From the NCBI GenBank assembly GCA_963710385.1, contig CAVQAB010000011.1, positions 65,382 through 129,381 of the forward strand: DNA of 64,000 bases. The letters run 5' to 3'. The notes below the pieces were generated by a model, which saw only the letters and a program-made list of their open reading frames with translations, ran no database searches and was not told the DNA's origin. Each line of letters starts with the position of its first letter. Positions within the stretch are counted from its first letter, which is position 1. The DNA is from an uncultured Bacteroidales bacterium. GTDB taxonomy: Bacteria > Bacteroidota > Bacteroidia > Bacteroidales > GCA-2748055. Positions 10,062 through 19,470 of the stretch are shown in pieces. The translations under genes and the position numbers were made by a program.

Positions 10062-12840
10062 AGTTCCCGAGTTTAATATTCCAGGAGAGGGTAACGATGG
10101 GCTGACCGAAAATAGAGAGCTTATAACCTTTCACGAATCCGTTCACATTCCGGAAATAAACTGAATAGGCATTCTTTCTTCCGGTAAGATTGTATACACT
10201 CAACATCCAGTAGCTATGGAACAACTTGTGCTTCCTCAGGTTCCCTTCCATGTTCATTGAAAAATCGAGCCGGAAATAGTCCGGTATCCTGTACCTGTTC
10301 CGGTCCGAATAGTGAATGTAGGGGAGCTCATATTCATAATAGATAGAGACAGGGTAAGTCACCGGTCGCCCCGTCATATAAACCAGATTGGACGAGAAGC
10401 TTAATCGCCTTCCCCGTTTGTAATTGGCCACCAGCGTAACATGATGCGGCCTGTCGAAATTGGACGGATAGGTCTTTCCACCATTGATCTGTTCACCGGT
10501 ACCGGGCGCATCAACCTGCATAAAGGAGCGGGCATAGCTGTAGGTTACCCAACCATTCAGTGCCCCGGTTTTCTTACGGATCATGGCCTCCACCCCGTAG
10601 GCCTTCAGTATGCCCTGCAGGGTCTCGCTTTCCACATGGGGACTCTCTGTGAAATTGGCTCCATCCCGGTATTCTACCATATTGAATCCCCATTTCCGGT
10701 AGAGCTCAACGGATGTGCTCAGACCGGTAGCAGGAAAGTCCCGGTAGAATCCTGCTGATACCTGGTCCAGATACTGTGGTGCAATGTGGTAATCGCTTAA
10801 TTTCCATTGGTCTGAAGGAGCAACAGCAATTGTGTTCGTAAGCATGAAAAGGTACTGGTAGCCACGGTTGTACGAGAGTTTGACCGAACTGTTGCTGCTG
10901 ACCAGATACCTCAGGTTCAACCTGGGTTCCAGTCCGTAATATGTTTTAGCTATCGCTCCCCTCCCGATGTGCAAAGTGTCCCGGATATTGTCATCCACCA
11001 GCGGCATACCGGGAGTGTAGGTCCGCACCAGGGAGGGTCCAAGGGAGATGAAGGTAGAAAGCCTCAAACCGGTGTAGGCAGTAAGCCGGTCAGTAAGGTT
11101 TATTTCGTCTGCAAGGTAAGCTGCCACTTCTACCCCGTTTTCCATTCCCAGATCCAGGGGTTCTCTTATGGAGCTCCTGCCATAAGGTTCAATGACACCC
11201 CGGTTCAGATGGTAATAGATCCCACTCGTGCCAAAAGTCACATTGTGCCGGCCCAGGGATAGCCAGTTAAAATCTGATTTAAGTTCGTAGTGATCTATCT
11301 GATAACCATGCTCATACCCTGCTGAAGGATTTTGTACATCGCTGTTATTGAACTTGTAACGACTGTATATTAATGCAAGGTTTCCGTTGATCCGCTGATT
11401 GAACCTATGACGCAAATCCACCGAGGCACCTGAGTTGCCATACCCATATGCATGGATTTTCCCCAATTTAAAACGATCCCTGCTCAGGTAGCCGAAAACC
11501 TTGATACGGGTCTTGTCTCCAGGATCCAGGGTGTATACGCCACTGATGTCATTGAATCCTGCCTCACTGTTTCTCAAAAGGGGATCTTCCATTCGCTTCA
11601 GCATCCAGTCCGAATAAGTGGATCTGGCACTCAATATGAAAGAACTCCTGTCTTTTCGGATGGGCCCTTCCACTGCTGCATAGGCAGATATGGAACTGAT
11701 CCCTCCCCTTGCCGCAAATCGTTTCATATTCCCCTGCTTTGTACGGACATCGAAAAAGGAAGCCAGCCTGCCTCCGAAATTTGCGGGCAGGTTGCTTTTA
11801 TATAATGTAAAATCGGCCACAATTTCAGGACTGAAGGAGGTAAAAAAACCGAAGAGGTGAGCGCTGTTATACACAGGAAGTTTGTTGACGTAAATCATAT
11901 TTTGATCTGCGCTGCTTCCGCGTACATTGAATCCGGCAGAGCCCTCACCAACACTTTGCACCCCGGGCAGCAGCTTCACAACATTGATGATGTCTCTTTC
12001 TCCCATGACCAGGGGGACTTCCTTGAATATGTTGTAGTTGAGTCTCTCAAAGCCCATCTGAGTCCCGCTTACATTGTGGTACCTGTTTGCCCTTACCACC
12101 ACTTCGTCCAGGGGGATCAGGGTCCTCTTCATGGTCAGGGCCAGCTCCCCTTCAGAGTGCACAACCAGGATAAACCTCAGTGGTTCGAGTCCCATGCTAT
12201 TGCACTCAACTTCATAAGTACCGGGCTGAACAATCAGGTTGAAAAGTCCATCGTAGTTGGTGATGGTCCCCTTATTCATATCCTCCAAATATACCGTGGC
12301 ACCCATGAGCGGTTCACCACTCTCACTGTCACTAATCTTTCCGTTTATCAATACCCTTTTCCCACCGGATAGAAGCGCTCCGGATCCTACATGAATGGTC
12401 TCCGGCATCAGGACCCTCCTTCCATTGATGTAATTCTGTTCGGCGGAGGTAAGCGATGTAAGGTCCGACTCCGGAGATCCGGATATTTCAGTATCTGAAG
12501 TTGTAATATAATCCGGCAATCGAGACAATAGGCTGGTTGTATCCGTGAGAAACAGATGATTCCATTCATCAAGAAAGTAGTTCAGTCCAGCCGGCTGAAG
12601 TAAAGCCTCAAGTGTGGATAAAAGGGATAATCCGGAGCCTTCCACGGTCACCTTGAGATCCCGCACCCAGGATTCCCTGTAATAGATTGTGACGCCGGTC
12701 TGTGCCTTTATGGATTCGGCAAACTCTGAAAAGGGAACCTCTTCGAAATAACCACTGAACACGGGAACATTTTCCTGGCTCTCCACCTTCTGAAACAGAT
12801 TGATTAAAAAGACCATGCATATAAGTGAGACCCATTTCAT
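10048..12840 (-). CDS. TonB-dependent receptor with an N-terminal STN-like domain and a CarboxypepD_reg-like domain (no SusD partner)
   Basis: 930 aa. It contains GKISDSESGEPLMGATVYLEDMNKGTITNYDGLFNL (CarbopepD_reg), a plug region (DIINVVKLLPGVQS...GFNVRGSSADQN) and a C-terminal beta-barrel ending in an aromatic-rich strand. A DUF4249 gene lies downstream. Confidence 0.85.
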   Translation of the reverse strand: MKWVSLICMVFLINLFQKVESQENVPVFSGYFEEVPFSEFAESIKAQTGVTIYYRESWVRDLKVTVEGSGLSLLSTLEALLQPAGLNYFLDEWNHLFLTDTTSLLSRLPDYITTSDTEISGSPESDLTSLTSAEQNYINGRRVLMPETIHVGSGALLSGGKRVLINGKISDSESGEPLMGATVYLEDMNKGTITNYDGLFNLIVQPGTYEVECNSMGLEPLRFILVVHSEGELALTMKRTLIPLDEVVVRANRYHNVSGTQMGFERLNYNIFKEVPLVMGERDIINVVKLLPGVQSVGEGSAGFNVRGSSADQNMIYVNKLPVYNSAHLFGFFTSFSPEIVADFTLYKSNLPANFGGRLASFFDVRTKQGNMKRFAARGGISSISAYAAVEGPIRKDRSSFILSARSTYSDWMLKRMEDPLLRNSEAGFNDISGVYTLDPGDKTRIKVFGYLSRDRFKLGKIHAYGYGNSGASVDLRHRFNQRINGNLALIYSRYKFNNSDVQNPSAGYEHGYQIDHYELKSDFNWLSLGRHNVTFGTSGIYYHLNRGVIEPYGRSSIREPLDLGMENGVEVAAYLADEINLTDRLTAYTGLRLSTFISLGPSLVRTYTPGMPLVDDNIRDTLHIGRGAIAKTYYGLEPRLNLRYLVSSNSSVKLSYNRGYQYLFMLTNTIAVAPSDQWKLSDYHIAPQYLDQVSAGFYRDFPATGLSTSVELYRKWGFNMVEYRDGANFTESPHVESETLQGILKAYGVEAMIRKKTGALNGWVTYSYARSFMQVDAPGTGEQINGGKTYPSNFDRPHHVTLVANYKRGRRLSFSSNLVYMTGRPVTYPVSIYYEYELPYIHYSDRNRYRIPDYFRLDFSMNMEGNLRKHKLFHSYWMLSVYNLTGRKNAYSVYFRNVNGFVKGYKLSIFGQPIVTLSWNIKLGNYASE

Positions 12841-13544
12841 GGCAGGTTATCCTTTTCGTAAAGCCGAAGGGCGTCTTTAATCATTGCTTCCACCTTTTGA
12901 ACAGAGGGTTGCCGAAATGTGAATTCCCACTTTTTCAGCAGCATTGAAATCTCTTTTTGTCTGTGCCCGGGAAAGGCCGCTATAAAGGACTTCCGGTTAT
13001 GAAAGGATGTGACTTGCTGGTCCAGCCGCAGCCAGTATTGGGTTTTTGAAAGGGTGAATTCATACGCACCTGAACTACGGTTCTGTGTAAGCCTCATCTC
13101 TTTCTTCCAACCAATATAACATGCACCCTTTCCTGATGATATCACCTGGTAGTATCCAGCTGGTTTATCCGGGAACTGCATGCGTCTGAATTCCAAACCT
13201 TCCAGTGAAAATGATGGCATCAGTTCTGCCACTGACATGAACTGGTTCAGGTGGCCTTCAGCCGTCCGGTACTCTATCTCGACCTTTTGAGAGTAAAGGT
13301 TGTACCTGAGTTTAACCTGCTCATACTTTTGATTATTGACCAAAACTGAGCCGGACCTGAACCTGCCATCCAAAAAATAGGGATGACCTTCGATCTGCCC
13401 ATAATGATTACTGAACTGGATACCATTAATCAGCTCCTGGTCGCTCCCAAAACCTGCTGCGACCACCTCTGGAAATGACACCTGACCTTCCAGAAAAGGA
13501 AAGGTCAGGACCAGGAGACTCACCAGGAAAGAAGCTTTTGGCAT
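12837..13544 (-). CDS. Hypothetical secreted protein; first gene of the TBDR operon
   Basis: The ATG at 13544 gives MPKASFLVSLLVLTFPFLEGQ. Its stop overlaps the TBDR start (ATGA). I recognise no domain. Confidence 0.55.
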   Translation of the reverse strand: MPKASFLVSLLVLTFPFLEGQVSFPEVVAAGFGSDQELINGIQFSNHYGQIEGHPYFLDGRFRSGSVLVNNQKYEQVKLRYNLYSQKVEIEYRTAEGHLNQFMSVAELMPSFSLEGLEFRRMQFPDKPAGYYQVISSGKGACYIGWKKEMRLTQNRSSGAYEFTLSKTQYWLRLDQQVTSFHNRKSFIAAFPGHRQKEISMLLKKWEFTFRQPSVQKVEAMIKDALRLYEKDNLP

Positions 13545-13751
13545 GGCATCCAAATTCAGTTACCACAAGATATGTAACTTTTCCTCAACAGAGTAATGAG
13601 TTGTTTTTACAACAGGGGAAAGCTGGAATCATTCCTGACTACTCCCTGGCCACGCAAACTACACAGTCATAAATTTATAATAAATACTGTCTAATCCGGT
13701 AGAACTTCTTTCAGTTTGTAATATATTGCAAAGAATATATTGCAATTTATC

Positions 13752-14063
13752 ATGAAAGATACGAGAAAGCCGAAAGCTTGTGAAAATATCGGTGAGATCA
13801 GGGATGCCCTGGATACCATTGACCTGGAGATTATTCATCTGTTTGCTCTCAGGCATGAATATGTAAAGGAAATTGTGAAATTTAAAAGTGGTGATGATGC
13901 GATTATTGCCAGTGAGAGGAAGGAACATGTTCTGAAGCAACGCAAAGCCTGGGCAGAAGAGCTTGGATTGGATCCGGGAATGATTGAAGATGTATTCAGG
14001 CTGCTGATTGAAAAGAATATTCAAATTCAGTTTGATATTTATAATAACAAAGACAATCACTAA
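13752..14063 (+). CDS. AroQ-class chorismate mutase (PchB/isochorismate-pyruvate-lyase-like, about 100 aa)
   Basis: IGEIRDALDTIDLEIIHLFALRHEYVKEIVKFK...ERKEHVLKQRKAWAEELGLDPGMIEDVFRLLIE is the three-helix CM_2 pattern. The ATG is at 13752. The ORF-track start at 13740 is a TTG. Confidence 0.75.
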   Translation: MKDTRKPKACENIGEIRDALDTIDLEIIHLFALRHEYVKEIVKFKSGDDAIIASERKEHVLKQRKAWAEELGLDPGMIEDVFRLLIEKNIQIQFDIYNNKDNH

Positions 14064-14074
14064 AAAACAAGAAA

Positions 14075-15027
14075 ATGTACCGGAAAGAGATAAAAGTAAT
14101 GGATTGCACCGTTCGGGACGGTGGTTTGATGAACAACTGGCAATTCAGCGACGATTTTGTACGTGCGGTTTACCATGCTTGCCTGGAAGCTGGAATCGAT
14201 TATATGGAGATCGGTTATAAAAGCAGTGAATCTGCTTTTTCAAGGGACGAAGTGGGACCATGGAAATTTTGTGATGACAAGGATCTTCGACGGGTTGTTG
14301 GCAGCAATAAGACGCCACTGAAACTATCGGCCATGGCGGATATTGGCAGGATTGATCCGGAAGACATCCCTCCTGCCAAAGACTCTGTGCTTGATATGAT
14401 CAGGGTGGCCTGCTATGTTCACCAGGTGGACAAGGCCATAGCGCTTGCAGAGCATTGCATGGAAAAGGGATATGAAGTATGCATCAACCTGATGGCCGTT
14501 TCAAAAGTGAATGAAATGAATCTGGACGAAGCCCTTCAGGATATTAGTAAAACGCAGGGTACCTATTGTCTATATTGTAGACAGTTTCGGCAGCATGTAC
14601 AGTCGAAAATATAGAGCACCTGGTACAGAAGTATAAAAAAGCGCTACCGGACAAAACACTGGGAATCCATGCCCATAACAATATGCAGCTGGCCATGTCA
14701 AATACCATTACTGCCATTATTGAAAACTGCAACATGCTGGATGCTACCCTCCTGGGTATGGGAAGGGGAGCAGGCAACTGTCCCATTGAAATTCTGATCG
14801 CCTTCCTGAAGAATCCCAAATACAGGCTCCTCCCCCTGCTTGATGTGATCCAGAATCATATACAGCCCCTGCAGGAAAATATCAAATGGGGCTACCATAT
14901 CCCTTACCTGATCACGGGTGCACTCAATGAGCATCCAAGATCTGCCCTGAAATGGATGGCATCTGACAAAAAGGATGATTTTGTTGCCTTTATGAAGGAG
15001 ATGCATGATTATGAATTACTGGAATGA
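14075..15027 (+). pseudogene. HMGL-like / DRE-TIM aldolase (pyruvate carboxyltransferase-domain protein); two frame disruptions as assembled
   Basis: The N-terminus is MDCTVRDGGLMNNWQF (the DRE-TIM 'TxRDG' motif). Reading frames 2, 3 and 1 in turn gives ...DISKTQ|VPIVYIVDSFGSMYSR|NIEHLVQKYKKALPDKTLGIHAHNNMQLAMSNT..., a continuous aldolase sequence. The shifts fall at about 14558 (G-run) and about 14606 (A-run). Confidence 0.75.
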
Positions 15028-16980
15028 AAAAGATTAGAGAGCCAGGTCCCTTTGAACTTGTTTTGATTCTGCTGGTCCTTATGAATGGTCCGGTTCATGC
15101 ACAGCGTTGGATGGAAGATATCAACCGAGCTACGGTTGCTGTCCAGCTGGGGGGAGACAGTGTTTATATTGGCTGGAGAATGCTGGGCACAGATCCGGAA
15201 GGTATAGGATTCAACATATACCGGATTTCCGGTGAGGGTAAGGCTAATAAGCTCAATAACAGTCCACTTACCAGTACCACCGATTACATTGATGTGGTTT
15301 CCAGGTCCGGTGAAATCCTGAAATATTTTGTCAAATCCGCTGACAAAGGGATGAAAAATGAGGTGCCTGATACGGCACTGGTCTGGTCCCGGAACTACCT
15401 CAGCATCCCTCTTCAGACCCCGGAGGGATATTCACCCGGAGATGCATCCTGTGGGGGACCTTGACGGAGACGGGAATTATGAACTGGTGGTGCACATGAC
15501 CGGAAGAGGGAGGGATAATTCACGTACGGGCCTCACTTCAAAACCCATTCTTGATGCCTATAAAATGGACGGCACCCTGCTTTGGAGGATAAATCTCGGG
15601 ATCAATATTCGTGAAGGGGCACATTATACCCAGTTTATGGTTTACGATCTGGACGGGGATGGGATTGCCGAAGTAGCATGCAAGACGGCAGACGGGACCA
15701 TCGACGGTAGAGGAAAAATCATAGGTGATCCGGATGCTGTTTACCGGAATCCCGAAGGAAGCAGTGTAAAGTCTGTTCGCAGGGAGGGAGAGGTCGATCG
15801 TGATGTGAGCGGCCTGGTCCTGTCCGGACCGGAATACCTCACTGTTTTCGACGGAGCCACAGGCGCAGAACTTGCCACAGTTGACTACATCCCCATGCGG
15901 CATCCGGATACCAATGATCCGAGCCCTACTCAGATGAGTGAAACCTGGGGAGATGACTACGGCAACAGGATGGACAGGTTCCTGGCTTGCATTGCCTACC
16001 TGGATGGTGAACGCCCCAGCCTGGTGATGTGCCGGGGATACTATACCCGGTCTGTCCTGGCAGCCTGGAACTGGCGCGATGGTAAACTGCAACATCTATG
16101 GACCTTTGATTCGACAGACGGCACACCGGGAAACGATGCATACAGTGGACAGGGAAACCATAACCTGAGTGTGGGAGATGTGGACGACGACGGAAAGGAT
16201 GAAATCATTTACGGGGCCTGTGTGATCGACCATAACGGGAAGGGGCTCTATTCCACGGGATTGGGGCACGGGGATGCCATGCACTTCTCTGATCTTGATC
16301 CGGATCACCCGGGATTGGAGGTGTTCAATATCCAGGAACGCTTCGATGATGCCGGGGCCAACTTCCGGGCAGCAGGAAGTGGAAAAGTGCTCTGGAAAAA
16401 ACCATCCGTTCTGGCTGCTGAGTCTGGAGGGGACAGGGGGGAAGGCCCTGGCAGGGCTGCTTCCTTCAACATCGATCCGCGGTACCCGGGATCCGAATCC
16501 TGGGTGGCAGGTGCCGGCTTAACAGGACTTTTCAGTGCAAAGGGAGACCTGATCTCAGAGAATAAACCACGTTCATGTAATTTTGCCTTATGGTGGGACG
16601 GGGACCTGTTGCGGGAGATCCTGGATAAGAATGTCATTTCGAAATGGAACTGGAAGGAGTCAAATCTTGAAGTTCTTCTGATGGATGAGGATTGCCGGTC
16701 CAATAACGGAACCAAGGCAACACCCACCCTCAGTGCAGATCTTTTCGGGGACTGGAGGGAAGAGGTAATCTGGAAAACCAGAGACAACAAGGAATTGCGC
16801 ATCTATACTACGACCATTCCCTCAAAACACCGCTTTTACACCTTTATGCATGATCCCGTTTACCGTCTTGGAGTAGCCTGGCAAAACGTAGCATACAACC
16901 AGCCTCCTCATACCAGTTTTTACATAGGAGATGGCATGTCTCCCCAGCCACGTTATAAGATCAGGCTTGCAGGGAAATGA
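15024..16980 (+). pseudogene. PL11-family rhamnogalacturonan lyase (FG-GAP/Ca-binding beta-propeller); one frame disruption as assembled
   Basis: The N-terminus MEDINRATVAVQLGGDSVYIGWRMLGTDPEGIGFNIYR is PL11-like. DxDGDG-type repeats are present (GDLDGDGNYELVV, VYDLDGDGIAEV, VGDVDDDGKDEII). The junction at about 15445 reads ...SPGDAS|VGDLDGDG after removal of one nt. Confidence 0.7.
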
Positions 16981-17169
16981 CACAGGAAAGGTTCGCATCC
17001 ATCTCTTTAGAGGGTGTTATCAAATTGTTGAAAGAAGTTTGAAAAGTAAGGTATTCTCAAACGCTCTGGAAGGGATATTTACAATGTTGATCTTCACAAG
17101 CTGGCAGGAATCAGCATGACCGGTTAAAATCAATCACACCAAGTTCAAATTTTATACAAATATTTTTTA

Positions 17170-17194
17170 AATGAGAATATTCTCATTATATTTG
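17170..17194 (+). promoter_or_regulatory. Perfect 18-bp palindrome (AATGAGAATATTCTCATT) abutting a TAnnTTTG -7 box, upstream of the DUF134 operon
   Basis: The palindrome is at 17170..17187. The -7 box TATATTTG is at 17187..17194. The DUF134 ATG is at 17210. The palindrome was verified by reverse-complementing it by eye. Confidence 0.55.
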
Positions 17195-17209
17195 TGCGTA
17201 ATTTAGCTT

Positions 17210-17617
17210 ATGCCTCGAAGAAAAAGACTAAGAAAGATAGTTGCTCCACCAGGATTTAAGGGATACAAACCTTATGGTAACTCAAAGCATAAAAAGCAAC
17301 ATATTGAGCTACTTTATGAGGAATATGAGGCAATAAAAATGGCCGATTATGACCTTATGAATCACCTGGAGGCATCAAAATTAATGGGTGTTTCGAGGCC
17401 AACGTTTGCGAGGATCTATGAAAGCGCAAGAAGAAAGCTGGCAAATGCACTTGTAGAAACAAGGGAAATCAGATCGGTCTATGGAAATGCCATTCTTGAT
17501 GGAACCTGGTATTTATGTAACGATTGCAATGCGCGGTTCACAATACCATCGCGGATGACAGATCATGCTTGTCCGATCTGCAGATCTTTAGAAGGAAATC
17601 AAATAACAATTAAATAA
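17210..17617 (+). CDS. DUF134 (UPF0251) predicted DNA-binding protein with a C-terminal 4-Cys zinc ribbon
   Basis: MPRRKRLRKIVAPPGFKGYKPYG is the characteristic DUF134 N-terminus. The HTH segment is LEASKLMGVSRPTFARIYESARRKLANAL. The C-terminus has CNDCNARF...CPICRS. The stop overlaps the next start (TAATG). Confidence 0.8.
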   Translation: MPRRKRLRKIVAPPGFKGYKPYGNSKHKKQHIELLYEEYEAIKMADYDLMNHLEASKLMGVSRPTFARIYESARRKLANALVETREIRSVYGNAILDGTWYLCNDCNARFTIPSRMTDHACPICRSLEGNQITIK

Positions 17618-17934
17618 TGAAAACAGTAATTACATCCAAAGGAAATAATCTGAAAGCCTATTTTGATCCGAGGTTCGGCCGGTCGGGCTGGTTTTGTGTA
17701 ATAGATGACAAATCTGCTAAGCCAACTTTCATTGAGAATGATCAGGCTGAAGCAACAGGAGGAGCAGGGGTCAAAGCAGCAGAAAAGATGGTTGAAATTG
17801 GTGTTCAAAAAGTAATTTCAGGCGATTTTGGACCCAAAGCCAAAGACTTACTGGACAAATTTAATATTCAGATGGTCATTATCACAGATGACCATCAATC
17901 AATCAAAGAGATCATTTCAAAACTTACAAATTAA
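17617..17934 (+). CDS. NifX/NifB-C-terminal-like (dinitrogenase FeMo-cofactor-binding fold) small protein 1
   Basis: 105 aa with the pattern FDPRFGRSGWFCVID...GAGVKAAEKMVEIGVQKVISGDFGPKA, typical of the PF02579-type family. Confidence 0.7.
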   Translation: MKTVITSKGNNLKAYFDPRFGRSGWFCVIDDKSAKPTFIENDQAEATGGAGVKAAEKMVEIGVQKVISGDFGPKAKDLLDKFNIQMVIITDDHQSIKEIISKLTN

Positions 17935-17948
17935 AAATGGAGGTTATT

Positions 17949-18167
17949 ATGCCAGGATTAGACAGAACAGGTCCGGAAGGCAGAGGATCGCGCACCGGAC
18001 GGGGACTTGGAAAATGCAATCCCGATTCCCAGAGTAGGGATACGGATGCTACATCCAATGATTTTCCGGATGAAAGGGGATTCGGAAGAGGATTAGGAAG
18101 AGGAGGGGGTCAAGGCAGGAACAGATTCAGAGGCGGTGGACGTGGATTAGGAAGAAACCGTTCATGA
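17949..18167 (+). CDS. DUF5320-family small protein with an Arg/Gly-rich (RGG-like) tail
   Basis: MPGLDRTGPEGRGSRTGRGLGKC is a DUF5320-type N-terminus. The C-terminal tail is RGFGRGLGRGGGQGRNRFRGGGRGLGRNRS. The ORF-track start at 17937 adds MEVI. Confidence 0.65.
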   Translation: MPGLDRTGPEGRGSRTGRGLGKCNPDSQSRDTDATSNDFPDERGFGRGLGRGGGQGRNRFRGGGRGLGRNRS

Positions 18168-18218
18168 GGAAAATAACTGCTAAATTCTATTTAGTTTAAT
18201 CAATTATCTAATTATCAC

Positions 18219-18557
18219 ATGAAGAAATTAATTGCAGTACCATCCAGCAATGGAATGCTGGATGAACATTTTGGCCATTGCCGTCAGTTTGTACTTCTAT
18301 CAGCAGAAAACAAAAAAATTATCTCAGAATCTACAATCGATGCTCCACCCCATGAACCAGGCTTACTGCCAAAATTTCTGGCCGAAAAGGGAGTTACCGA
18401 TGTAATCGCGGGCGGTATGGGCAACAGGGCCATTGAACTGTTTAACCAGCAAAAGGTGAACGTATTCGTGGGTGCTCCGAAACAAACTCCGAATGAAATA
18501 GTAAATGGATTTCTAGACGGAAGTCTGAATTTTTCAGCTAACTATTGTGACCACTAA
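18219..18557 (+). CDS. NifX/NifB-C-terminal-like small protein 2
   Basis: 112 aa with HFGHCRQFVLL...LAEKGVTDVIAGGMGNRAIELFNQQKVNVFVG, the family pattern. Confidence 0.7.
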   Translation: MKKLIAVPSSNGMLDEHFGHCRQFVLLSAENKKIISESTIDAPPHEPGLLPKFLAEKGVTDVIAGGMGNRAIELFNQQKVNVFVGAPKQTPNEIVNGFLDGSLNFSANYCDH

Positions 18558-19470
18558 AGATCTGGGTAAGGTCCCATTTAGATTGGCAATCGCAAGTGGT
18601 AAGGGAGGGACTGGTAAGACAACTGTGGCTGTTAATCTATTTCATTACTTCTCGAACTACTATTCGCATAAATTACAGTTGATTGATTGTGATGTGGAGG
18701 AACCCAATGACCTGCTGTTTTTTCAAGATTGTGAATTCGATACTGAGGAGATTGCCACACAACTGATCCCAACCATTGATATTGACAAGTGTACCTTTTG
18801 CAGGAAATGTGTCAGCTTTTGTGAATTCAATGCCATTGTGGTGATCCCCCCTGTCAATTTTGCTGAAGTCAATCCAAGCCTCTGCCATTCCTGCGGAGCA
18901 TGCGTTGTGGCTTGTGAAGATGGGGCAATCTCCGAAAAGCCGGCTGAGATAGGTACCATCAGGAACTATACTATTGGCCAGAAGGGAGTGCTTACCGAGG
19001 GCAGGCTGAAAATTGGTTCCGCCATGCAGACCATGCTCATCAAAAAGACAAAACAGCATGCCCTTATGGAGGTAGATGTGGTTATTTTTGATGCTCCACC
19101 CGGAACAAGTTGCCCTGTAGTAGAGACTGTTGCTGATGCCGATTATGTGATCCTGGTAACGGAACCAACCCCTTTTGGATTGTATGATCTTAAACTTACA
19201 GTTGAGATGCTTAGAGAAATCGGAAAACCCTTCGGTGTGATTATCAATAAATCAGGAATTGGCGATCACAAAGTCCGGGATTTTCTTTCAGACCAGAGAA
19301 TTGAGTTACTGGGTGAGCTTCCATTCAGCAGGGAATATGCTTCAAAATATGCCACTGGTGATATATTAAATAATGTCAGCATTGAGACTGAAATACAATA
19401 CAAAGCCATTATAAGGAAACTGATGAGCCATTATAAAGGAGATGAAGGAGATTACAATTTTAAGTGGTAA
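18547..19470 (+). CDS. MinD/Mrp-type P-loop ATPase with an inserted 2x[4Fe-4S] ferredoxin domain (paralog 1)
   Basis: The deviant Walker A is SGKGGTGKTT. Two CX2CX2CX3C motifs are present (CTFCRKCVSFC, CHSCGACVVAC). The Walker B-like segment is VVIFDAPPG. It has a GTG start and overlaps the previous gene by 11 nt. Confidence 0.8.
   Translation: MTTKDLGKVPFRLAIASGKGGTGKTTVAVNLFHYFSNYYSHKLQLIDCDVEEPNDLLFFQDCEFDTEEIATQLIPTIDIDKCTFCRKCVSFCEFNAIVVIPPVNFAEVNPSLCHSCGACVVACEDGAISEKPAEIGTIRNYTIGQKGVLTEGRLKIGSAMQTMLIKKTKQHALMEVDVVIFDAPPGTSCPVVETVADADYVILVTEPTPFGLYDLKLTVEMLREIGKPFGVIINKSGIGDHKVRDFLSDQRIELLGELPFSREYASKYATGDILNNVSIETEIQYKAIIRKLMSHYKGDEGDYNFKW

Noticed and set aside
13659-14060. A 133-aa minus-strand ORF opposite the chorismate mutase gene.
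   Set aside because: It is antisense to a gene with a clear CM_2 motif pattern. It is Ile/Asn/Phe-rich, as expected from AT-rich antisense sequence, and has no motifs.
17617-18557. The NifX-like genes as evidence for nitrogen fixation.
   Set aside because: No nifH/D/K/E/N/B-type genes lie in the window. Small NifX-fold proteins occur widely outside diazotrophs.
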